Part shown: positions 55,398 to 64,000 of the stretch, one piece after another
Numbering within the stretch: position 1 is the first letter of the stretch
Layout: the number at the start of each line of letters is the position of its first letter
Assembly (NCBI GenBank): GCA_964035575.1
Contig: OZ037837.1
Location: forward strand, 1,302,001 to 1,366,000
Length of the DNA stretch: 64,000 nucleotides
DNA from: Rhynchopus sp. YZ270_cl-10
Taxonomy: Eukaryota
Reading direction: 5' to 3'
Position numbers and translations under genes: made by a program
The notes under the pieces: model-generated
Told to the model about the DNA's origin: nothing
Seen by the model: only the letters and a program-made list of their open reading frames with translations
Databases searched by the model: none

Positions 55398-57337
55398 GGG
55401 GTAAGGACATTCTGGTACCCCCAAGTTTGACTTTTGGACAATTCAGACCCACAAGGTTTCGATAAAGACAGTTCAAACCCACAAGGTTTACGATAAAGAC
55501 ACTTCAGAACCACAAGGTTTGCATTTTGGACAGTTCAACCCCACAAGGTTTGCACTTTGGACAGTTCAGACCTTGTGGGTCTGAACTGTCCAAAATGCAA
55601 ACCTTGTGGGTCTGAAGTGTCCAAAATACAAACCTTGTGGTTCTGAACTGTCCAAAAGTCAAACCTTGTACGTGTTTTCTTCTTCTAAGGTGCTTGCTCT
55701 CCATACCTAGACCCTCGAATTTTTTTTCTTGACCCCATGCATATGGGTGCATTTCGACGATTTGAGGCCATTCAAAGCAAAAGTTGGCACTTTTGAGCAT
55801 CTGCGGGGGTCTAAAACACGGTTTTGCGTACACCACGCTGGATGATAGGGGTCACATGATAGGTCACATCATGTGGCCATATATCAAGTTACACCGCAAA
55901 AATCTACCAGACCCTGTCTTCGTACAACGCCGCAGACAGGCCAAACATGCGTTGGACTCAGAGGAATGCCTGCTGTGCAGGTATCAAACATGAGAACCAA
56001 CTCCCAGCAACAAGGGGCGCCTTTTGGCAGGCGTTGTTGAGGGTGTTTGGGGTGCAAAGTTTTCCACAATTTTGATGCGCGGGTACAGAAGTGTTGTCTT
56101 GTTCTTTCATCTCTAGGAAGTTAAATGTTCAATCGCGTTTAACTACCACTAGGGCTTGTTCAGTGAACCCACGAGGGGTCGAAGGGGGTTGGTTATCCCA
56201 TATCTATCAAAGGTTGTGTCGACCAGGCGAATCCACTATGTTACGCTGTACGTTGTTAAATCCGAAGAAATAACAACAGTGCATATGGCAGCGTCCGCAA
56301 ACCACCCCCCGGTTATTATATAAGGTTATTATCAACTGCAGGAAGTTTGTTAAAAAGAGTGCCTCACGCTACACAAACCACCACCCGCGATTGACTTAGA
56401 TGATAACTAGAGAATTCAGAACAAAACAACACCCTGCCCCATACACACTAAATTGTCATGCTCAAGAGCATGCCTGGGCCAAAATTACTGTGACAAGAAG
56501 GCAACAAGACCACCCACAAGGAGTGTGAAATGTGCACTGGTTTTCTGGGGGAACGCAATATTTTATTGTGCCTCGTCCTCCGCGAGCAGAGGACAGACTT
56601 TCCGGAAAGTTTCCAAAGGTCGAATTTCTTGCACTAGCCATGCTCCCTGGGTTAAATGGCAATAGCAGTGACTGACTTCTGAGAGAAACAGGGTACTTGA
56701 AACCCAATTTTCATTATTTTGGTGTAATCCTGTGAGGGATGGGTGGGGAGGTGTGGGTGTGGGTGGGTGAAAAAAGGTGCACGAAGACAGGGTCTGGTAG
56801 ATTTTTGCGGTGTAACTTGATATATGGCCACATGATGTGACCTATCATGTGACCCCTATCATCCAGCGTGGTGTACGCAAAACCGTGTTTTAGACCCCCG
56901 CAGATGCTCAAAAGTGCCAACTTTTGCTTTGAATGGCCTCAAATCGTCGAAATGCACCCATATGTATGGGGTCAAGAAAAAAAATTCGAGGGTCTAGGTA
57001 TGGAGAGCAAGCACCTTAGAAGAAGAAAACACGTACAAGGTTTGACTTTTGGACAGTTCAGAACCACAAGGTTTGAATTTTGGACACTTCAGACCCACAA
57101 GGTTTGCATTTTGGACAGTTCAGACCCACAAGGTCTGAACTGTCCAAAGTGCAAACCTTGTGGGGTTGAACTGTCCAAAATGCAAACCTTGTGGTTCTGA
57201 AGTGTCTTTATCGTAAACCTTGTGGGTTTGAACTGTCTTTATCGTAAACCTTGTGGGTCTGAATTGTCTTTATCGAAACCTTGTGGGTCTGAATTGTCCA
57301 AAAGTCAAACTTGGGGGTACCAGAATGTCCTTACCCC
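55398..57337. mobile_element. Mutator/foldback-like non-autonomous element with ~530-560-bp TIRs
   Basis: Left arm 55398-55923 is the reverse complement of right arm 56781-57337; GGGG/CCCC ends; A9 on both sides (compatible with a 9-bp TSD); ~31-bp subrepeats in the arms. Confidence 0.88.
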
Positions 57338-57781
57338 AAAAAAAAATTGAAGAAAAAAGGCTCAAAAGTGCCTGAAACCCGGCGGAAAGTGATTTTTGGT
57401 GAGGTATATAGGGTAGTTTCATCTATTTTTGGGTTTTTTTGCCGAAAGGCGCCAAATTTTCCGAGCCAAATGAAGGAATAGCCGGTGCATAGGCTCCCCT
57501 ACAGTTATCTCAAAAAAAGCAAAAAACGTATGATGTGGGTAGCGTACCAACTAAGCAAAAGACGAACGGGGTTTTTATTATTTTTGATGTCTAAATCTTG
57601 TAAAATGCTCGCATGTGGTCTGCACGATTCCTGCATGCGAGATTGCATGTGGGCATGATGCTCAAGTGATTGACGTGTGTGAATCATTTCCGATGTATGC
57701 AGCTCACACCCCTCATCAATAAGTCACACCCAACCCCTTCCAGACACCCCTGCACCCTCCCACCTCTCCGAAACACACAAC

Positions 57782-60004
57782 ATGGGGTGTGACACGCAGC
57801 CCACCGCACCACAGATGCCGAGCTGTGAGAACTGTGGCGTGCCTGCACAGCTGCAGTGCGGGAACTGCACGGATCTGTTCCTCTGCGACACACCTGCGTG
57901 CTTCGAAGTGTTCCACTCATCCTTGAGGGCACGTGACCGTGAGACACATCGCGCTTCTGTGACTCCGTTCGGGACGTCGTCGAAGTGTGCACAGCACCCA
58001 GACCAAGTGTTGTCCCTCGTCTGTGAAGACCCTGCGTGTGGAGACGCGTTGATCTGCATGCGCTGTGCTTACTTCGGACACACGGGACACAAGACAGTTG
58101 ACATCACGGACTACATGAAACGCCAGCGTGACACCCTCTGCTCACACGTGGCAGACCTGACAACTCAGCGGACTGCTGCAGAGGAGAAGTGCCGTGTGCT
58201 TGAGGCACTCCCACCCACGGAGGACAGGTACAAAGACCTTCTCCTGCAGACACGCGTCGGGCACCTCGTGATGCGTGAGGATGTGTCGCGCAGCGAAGTC
58301 GTGTGTGAGGAGGAGGTGGCACGGAGCTTCCTCACACAGGCACTCAGTCGTGAAGGGGAGGTGTGTGCACTGAAGACTTTTGTTGCGAAGGCAGGACACA
58401 TGATTGCTGAGTGTGAGGCGGTGTGCCAGCTTGGGGACGACCAGGTGCTGCGTGCGGTCACAGAGTCGCAGGCCGTTGTGCGGAGCATCAACAGCATGGC
58501 AGCGAGTGGAGACCGCCACCGCCTTGTGGGTGCTGCAGACCCACACACAACGTTTTCCCTGAAGCTGCCTGTTTCGAACGTGCACGACGCCCTTGCCCAG
58601 ATGTCTGCGATTTTTGTGCCTGTCCTTGTGCAGGGGTTGGATGGAGTGGAACACGAGATTGAGGTGAGTGTGGATGACACGGGCAGGGACTTGCTTCGGA
58701 AGGTGGCGTCTGCAGTGGGGTTGCGTGAAGGCTGCTTCGACATGACTTTCAGAGATGAAGTGATTGCAGAAGGAGAGGACGTGGTGCAGCTGAGGGGTCA
58801 CAGGGTTGTTCTAACGCATTCCAAGACAGAGAGGAGGAAGCAGGATGCCATTGCAGCACTTCGTGCGTTGGGTGAGACGACACTTACATCACAAAGGTTG
58901 GAGCAGGTGCCTGATCCGAAGGTGGCTTGCTTGCTCCTGCAGGCACAAGTTGTGACTGCGATTCCAGACTACTTCTTCTCGAGTACTGCAGTGACGTGCA
59001 TTGATCTCAGTCATGCGTCTGCTGTGACTGCGATTGGGAACGAATTTCTACACGACTGCACAGCTTTGACCAAAGTGGACCTTAGTGGATTACAAGCTGT
59101 CACCTCGATTGGGGACATGTTCCTCCGTGGGTGCACTTCATTATTGACAGTTGATTTGAGTGGATTACAACGTGTCACCTCGATTGGGTACTCGTTCCTC
59201 TTCGGGTGCACATCACTGTCAACAGTTGATCTGGGTGGATTGCAACGTGTTACCACGATTGGGTACTCGTTCCTCTCCAGGTGCACATCATTGACGACAG
59301 TTTATCTGATTGGATTACGAGGTGTCACCAGGATTGCGCACTGGTTCCTCTCTGGGTGCACATCATTGTTGACAGTGGACCTCAGCGGCTTACAAGCTGT
59401 GACCTCGATTGGGAACCACTTCCTCCACGAGTGCACATCTTTGTCAACAGTTGATTTGAGTGCATTCAAATCTGTCTCCGCGATTAGGGACATGTTCCTC
59501 TTCGAGTGCAGATCATTGTCGACAGTTGACTTCAGCGGCTTACAAGCTGTCACCTCGATTGGGAGTAACTTCCTCCGTAGGTGCACTTCGTTGTCGACAG
59601 TCGATTTGAGTGTATTCAAAGCTGTCACCAAAATTGGGGACTTGTTCCTCCAGAATTGCACATCATTGTCGACAGTTGATGTGAGTGCATTCCAAAATGT
59701 CACTGCGATTAGGCAAGCGTTCCTCATGGATTGCACATCATTGTCGAAAATTGATTTGAGTGGCTTGCAAGCGGTCACCTCGATTGGGAACTACTTCCTG
59801 TGGGGGTGCACATCATTGTCGACAGTTAATCTGAGTGGATTGCAAGGTGTCACCTCGATTGGAGACGAGTTCTTCTTCGGGTGCACTGCTCTGAAGACCT
59901 TGCATGGAAAGGACAAATGCAGCAGTATTGTACTCGGGAGTCTACCGGATAAAAGAAGGGGCGGGAGAATGGGTGGGAAGGGACCAAAAAAACGGGTCAC
60001 ATAA
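57782..60004 (+). CDS. TRIM-like (RING-less) B-box/coiled-coil + ubiquitin-like + BspA-type LRR protein
   Basis: Two B-box motifs, a helical region, a Ubl-like domain, then 13 25-aa repeats SIGxxFLxxCTSLSTVDLSGLQAVT (including caps); basic C-terminus. Confidence 0.86.
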   Translation: MGCDTQPTAPQMPSCENCGVPAQLQCGNCTDLFLCDTPACFEVFHSSLRARDRETHRASVTPFGTSSKCAQHPDQVLSLVCEDPACGDALICMRCAYFGHTGHKTVDITDYMKRQRDTLCSHVADLTTQRTAAEEKCRVLEALPPTEDRYKDLLLQTRVGHLVMREDVSRSEVVCEEEVARSFLTQALSREGEVCALKTFVAKAGHMIAECEAVCQLGDDQVLRAVTESQAVVRSINSMAASGDRHRLVGAADPHTTFSLKLPVSNVHDALAQMSAIFVPVLVQGLDGVEHEIEVSVDDTGRDLLRKVASAVGLREGCFDMTFRDEVIAEGEDVVQLRGHRVVLTHSKTERRKQDAIAALRALGETTLTSQRLEQVPDPKVACLLLQAQVVTAIPDYFFSSTAVTCIDLSHASAVTAIGNEFLHDCTALTKVDLSGLQAVTSIGDMFLRGCTSLLTVDLSGLQRVTSIGYSFLFGCTSLSTVDLGGLQRVTTIGYSFLSRCTSLTTVYLIGLRGVTRIAHWFLSGCTSLLTVDLSGLQAVTSIGNHFLHECTSLSTVDLSAFKSVSAIRDMFLFECRSLSTVDFSGLQAVTSIGSNFLRRCTSLSTVDLSVFKAVTKIGDLFLQNCTSLSTVDVSAFQNVTAIRQAFLMDCTSLSKIDLSGLQAVTSIGNYFLWGCTSLSTVNLSGLQGVTSIGDEFFFGCTALKTLHGKDKCSSIVLGSLPDKRRGGRMGGKGPKKRVT

Positions 60005-60267
60005 CGGGATTGATTCACTTTTTGGGGTTTGGGTGAGCAAAGATCAGGGTGGGTCATCAGAACAGGGGTTTGGCATTTTTAGTCACCCACACTTTCGCTT
60101 TGGGACGGGACGATCAACAAACAGCAAACGACAAATAAATCCGACGTGGGAGTATTTCATTTGCCATCCTTCATCCCTTCCTCCGACACCCTACACCCGA
60201 CACCCTACACCCGACACCCCAACCCACAGACATTACACAATCCTACCACACACTACCCAGCGCTCAT

Positions 60268-61539
60268 ATGGAAATCACAGTCGCATATCGCACCGACGGT
60301 CGTTCTGCCGTTGTGGTGGTGGGAGAGGACGAGACGGTGCTGTCCCTGCGACAGCGGACAGCGGCGCTGCTTGGGGTGCAGACGTGCGCACGGGGCACAG
60401 CACTGTTTGCTGAGACTGCCGCAGAAGGCACCGCACTGTGCGACACAGACCGTGTTGCGGACACAAGCGTTGTGTCTGGGATGAAGGTAACCCTACGTGA
60501 CGTGCACCCCACTGTGTCCGCACCCATGCACTATGCAACAGGCAGGCCACAGGTGTTGCTGCTGTCGCCACTGGGCGACCGTCTCTGTGTTGTGTCGACG
60601 GGAAACATCCTGCACATCTTCGACACCAACAGCGGTGCTCAGGTGATGCAGGCCACTGCTTACTATATGTCAAAACCTGCGTTTTCGCCGTGCGGGACGT
60701 GGGTGGCAAGCACCACTATGGGGAACGCACTTCAGGTACACCGTGTCTCAGACTCCTGTTCACGCCGTGCAGCCACCGCACACCGCGACCGTGCAGCCAC
60801 CGCGTGGTCGCCCTGTGGAACTGCCGTGCTGTCCTCCTCTGCAGACGGTTCTGTCTGCTGCTGGGAGTATGATGACAGCAGCGAGCCCCTTCCCGCACGC
60901 TGGGTGTGCAACGCTGCCACAGCACACACCGACGGGTGTGCCGTGGCAGCCCTACGCAAGCAGGTTGTGTGCAGCAGGCGAGGCGGAAGCTTTGTGGCAC
61001 TGAGCCTCACCGACGGTGCTGTGCTGTACGAGCTGCCAGGACATTCGCGCGATGTGCGTGACGTGCAGACCAGACAGGGCGGCTTCGTGTCGAGTGGGTA
61101 CGACTCAACGGTGCGGGTGTGGCACGTCAGCGATGCAGAAGAAGACACGCTGTGCCCTGCTGTGTGCATGCATGTGTTGCCCTGCGAGGCGGTTGTGCAC
61201 CGTGTTGCTGCTGCGGGTGATATGGTCGCTGGCTACACGCAGGAGGGTGTGGTGCTGTGGGTGGACGACAGCAGCACTGCAGCAGGAGGAGGGGGAGCAG
61301 GAGGGGCAGGGGGCAGTGGTGGTGATATGCGTGCTGTCGCCACCATCGCGTACACAGCCTCCTTCTGGTTCGGCGTGGCCTTGAGCCGCTGTGGGAACAT
61401 CATCTACGTTGCTGTGCGCGATGGTGTGCAGGCCACACCCGTCTCCTCCGCCATGTCGTGGGGTGCGCTTGAGCCCCCCAGCAGGGAAACAGTGGACACA
61501 GAGACACGGCCCCACCGCAGGCGTTGTGTTGTGTCGTGA
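60268..61539 (+). CDS. Ubiquitin-like + WD40 protein with C-terminal CaaX-like motif
   Basis: Ubl-like N-terminus (VVVGEDETVLSLRQRTAALLG..LF); WD40 LPGHSRDVRDV..FVSSGYDSTVRVW; ends RPHRRRCVVS. Confidence 0.78.
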   Translation: MEITVAYRTDGRSAVVVVGEDETVLSLRQRTAALLGVQTCARGTALFAETAAEGTALCDTDRVADTSVVSGMKVTLRDVHPTVSAPMHYATGRPQVLLLSPLGDRLCVVSTGNILHIFDTNSGAQVMQATAYYMSKPAFSPCGTWVASTTMGNALQVHRVSDSCSRRAATAHRDRAATAWSPCGTAVLSSSADGSVCCWEYDDSSEPLPARWVCNAATAHTDGCAVAALRKQVVCSRRGGSFVALSLTDGAVLYELPGHSRDVRDVQTRQGGFVSSGYDSTVRVWHVSDAEEDTLCPAVCMHVLPCEAVVHRVAAAGDMVAGYTQEGVVLWVDDSSTAAGGGGAGGAGGSGGDMRAVATIAYTASFWFGVALSRCGNIIYVAVRDGVQATPVSSAMSWGALEPPSRETVDTETRPHRRRCVVS

Positions 61540-62456
61540 AGTGAAGACGGGTACGTGGTGGGGGGGGTGGGAAGCGTAACAGTGCAATGAATCTTTCGAA
61601 ATGATGTTCCACCTGTATCCCTTTTTGCAATGTGTTTTTCATTGAAGACGTAGCTCGATGTTGTATCGGAAACCATTCGTATTCCTGCGAGATGACAACA
61701 TTACAAATCATCCGCCTCTCTGGGTGCAGCGCTGTTGTGTCACGAGCTGTGAAGAACCAGAACCTGAGTAAATTTGTGGTGAACACCCGTCCGAAACGGA
61801 AGCGAGCCAAATCACCTGACGAAGACCGCAATCGAGACTGTCGCAGTGACGTCCTACAATACTGCACAGCTTCATGCCATGTTCACCTGCACCTGCGCAG
61901 GGGCCTCAGAGAGAGCCTTTGACGTGTTGCACGACTGCAGGCTGTGCTGGTCTGCACCTGCTCCCGCACACTCACGTAAACCCGCAAACCCGCACCCCTT
62001 TTTCACAGCTGATTGCGAAGAACTGTACACGAAGGCACTTACCATATTGCTCGGTTAGCAAGAAGACTACAACGGGGGAGGAGCTGAGACAACTTCGATC
62101 TGTACCCACACAACAGTGAGTGATGTGTCCACCAGGGGAGGGAGGGAGGGTGGTGATGAATATAACCCAAGTTCCCAGCGACAAAACCCAAGACCCTCAA
62201 AACACCCCCAAGAAACCCCCCTTTCAGCCCTGTTGCTGATTTTCTCTTGTTTGCCTGCATGTCGCCCACCTCACACGCTGCCCATGCGGCGCTCTTGTGT
62301 GGGTGACAGATCTCGCTCAGAGTCGTCTTATTTTCATCACTTCTCACAACGAGGAACAACATTCAACACCTCTCCCCCACCCACCTCATCACTCCCTCCG
62401 CTTGTGGTGGAGCAAACGTGCTGATTTGCACCTTGTCACGGAAGTAGCGCCAAACA

Positions 62457-63575
62457 ATGGATGTGACCTTTGTGCTGGAAGAGTCAGGCGTGACTGCGAC
62501 AGTGGAGGTGCCGTGCGAGGCGAACGTTGCAGCGGCAAAGGAGGTTGCGTGCAGGGCGCTTGCTGTCTCGCCTGCGTCTGTCGAGATGCGCATCGGCACT
62601 GAGGTGCTGGAGGGGACGTCCCGTCTGCAGGACACTGCGTTTGATGCAGGGGTGCAGGTTGTGCTTGCCCGCTGCTGTGCCGACATCAAGTGTCCTGCTG
62701 AGCACAGTGTCGAGGCGCCACCTGGTAGGCGGGATATGAAGGTAGATTGCTTCTCGCTGTCTTCTTGTGGAGCACTCTGCCTCTTTACACAGGACGCGGG
62801 CTATGTCACCGGCCTCGATACAGAAACCTTCAGCCCTGCCTTCAAGTTCAAAATAGACATTGAGGTGGACGGTGCGCCTGCCATCTCACGGTGCAAGACA
62901 CGCTGCTACCTGGCGCACGACGAAGGCATACAGGAGATTGCGCTTCCGGGAGGGGAGGTGCTCCGCAATGTTGACGGCACCTTTGAACTGTGTGGTGGTG
63001 TTGTTATCTCGCGGTGTGAAGACGGCGTCTCTGTGTATGACGAAGACCTGATGTTGCTCCGCTCTCTATCACACGCAGGGTGCAAGCAGGTGGCTGTGTC
63101 GCACTGTGGTGGGTGGGTCATCACCTCTTCTCGTAGGGAGCCGAACGTACGTCTGTGGGATGTGAGCACAGGCGAAGCTGTTGCATGCGTAGCTGTGGAG
63201 TTTCCTCGCGCAGTGGCGGTCTCACGGTCTGCCTCTGTCTTTGCTGTGGCATCGTCTGCACCTGGCGTTCACCCTACCGAAATGCAACTCTATGATTGGA
63301 GTGGTGAGGCTCTGGGCAGCTTTGCCAACGCAGGGTATTTTCATGTCTCTGCCATGCAGTTCACACTGTGTGGGAAGTATCTCGTTATTGAGTCAGACGA
63401 TGAAGAAGATTATACCGACCTGCATCAGTACGATGTGGCGACCATGTCCTGTGTGCGTGTGTTCTCCGACGTCGCTTTCTACTCTTCATTTGCGCTCTCG
63501 CCGTGTTCACGTGTGTTACTCTTTTCAAACTCAGGGCAAGACACTATTGTGACGAGACATCTGTACCCCTACTGA
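62457..63575 (+). CDS. Ubiquitin-like + WD40-like beta-propeller protein
   Basis: MDVTFVLEESGVTATVEVPCEANVAAAKEVAC..RIGTEVLEGTSRLQD (Ubl); NVRLWDVSTGE and SPC/SHCG blades; paralog of 15447-16526. Confidence 0.76.
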   Translation: MDVTFVLEESGVTATVEVPCEANVAAAKEVACRALAVSPASVEMRIGTEVLEGTSRLQDTAFDAGVQVVLARCCADIKCPAEHSVEAPPGRRDMKVDCFSLSSCGALCLFTQDAGYVTGLDTETFSPAFKFKIDIEVDGAPAISRCKTRCYLAHDEGIQEIALPGGEVLRNVDGTFELCGGVVISRCEDGVSVYDEDLMLLRSLSHAGCKQVAVSHCGGWVITSSRREPNVRLWDVSTGEAVACVAVEFPRAVAVSRSASVFAVASSAPGVHPTEMQLYDWSGEALGSFANAGYFHVSAMQFTLCGKYLVIESDDEEDYTDLHQYDVATMSCVRVFSDVAFYSSFALSPCSRVLLFSNSGQDTIVTRHLYPY

Positions 63576-63953
63576 GTGATGTTTTGCGAGAGGTTGTGTT
63601 TGTATGCAGCTTCTCGCAGGCAGTCCACCCCAGAAGCACCTCCTCGCTGTCGCTGAGTGTTGCCATTATTGTCTTCGTTTCGCTGTGCCCCTGAATGCGT
63701 ATCTTTCTTTACTGTCAGGGGAGGGAGGACAAATGCTTTGTGAAGGGGAAGGGCATGGGGGGAAGGTGCGGGGCTTTTTTTTTTAGTAAACACGTAATAT
63801 TTGGCAAAATGCTCGAGACCCTCGTGAAAAGTCGCGCGTCTGAGTATCCCGCTCCCCGCTTGTTTCCCCCCTCCTTTCCCCCCTGTGCTCCACGACACTT
63901 TCTGTACTTCAGGCAAACACAACCACACCGTAAATCAAGTCGAGGAAAAAGAA

Positions 63954-64000
63954 CAGGGTATAAGCTTGGTACTCAGAATTAGGTTCAAAAACCTAATTCT
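63954..64000. mobile_element. End of a second copy of the hAT-type element (cut by the window edge)
   Basis: cagggtataagcttggtactcagaattaggttcaaaaacctaattct is the reverse complement of 45546-45592. Confidence 0.85.

Larger units (their letters stand above)
51630..57501. mobile_element. 5.9-kb TIR element (TAGGG ends, hAT-like) with decayed coding interior and a nested Mutator-like element
   Basis: TIRs taggggagcctat..accgg / ccggt..ataggctccccta; CAGTTAT directly repeated at 51623-51629 and 57502-57508. Confidence 0.75.

Noticed and set aside
55504..57200. Duplicated 110-aa and 68/69-aa ORFs on opposite strands
   Set aside because: They are by-products of the long inverted repeats and have no protein-like features.
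58955..59930. 75-bp DNA repeats as a CRISPR or DGR cassette
   Set aside because: They are in-frame LRR codons; no reverse transcriptase or adenine-specific template/variable pair is evident.

Overview
Eukaryotic (protist) DNA. Long intronless GC-rich genes all lie on the + strand, separated by AT-rich, transposon-filled spacers, and several have a pyrimidine tract plus AG just before the ATG. This suggests a trans-splicing euglenozoan, probably diplonemid-like (inference). The genes form a fast-turnover cluster of immune-receptor-like modular proteins. (i) An NLR-like STAND protein: myristoylation motif, ankyrin, R-S-ExE ADP-ribosyltransferase, NACHT, pentapeptide, WD40 (6830-12274), flanked by two WD40 paralogs, one an internally deleted copy. 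(ii) Four copies of a B-box/coiled-coil/ubiquitin-like gene with a near-constant N-terminus; three have swapped C-termini (13 or 6 BspA-type LRRs with hypervariable positions, or a RanBP2-type Zn finger) and one is truncated. (iii) Three ubiquitin-like + beta-propeller genes and an ankyrin protein. Also present are guanine deaminase and a receptor-type HAMP/class III cyclase with a degenerate active site. Mobile DNA includes a 5.2-kb element with split direct repeats (A...BA...B) inserted in poly-A, hAT-, Tc1/pogo- and Mutator/foldback-like non-autonomous elements with TSDs, a 5.9-kb TIR element carrying a possible RNF213-like AAA+ remnant, and an array of hairpins with a compensatory base change. 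No CRISPR, rRNA or tRNA was found.
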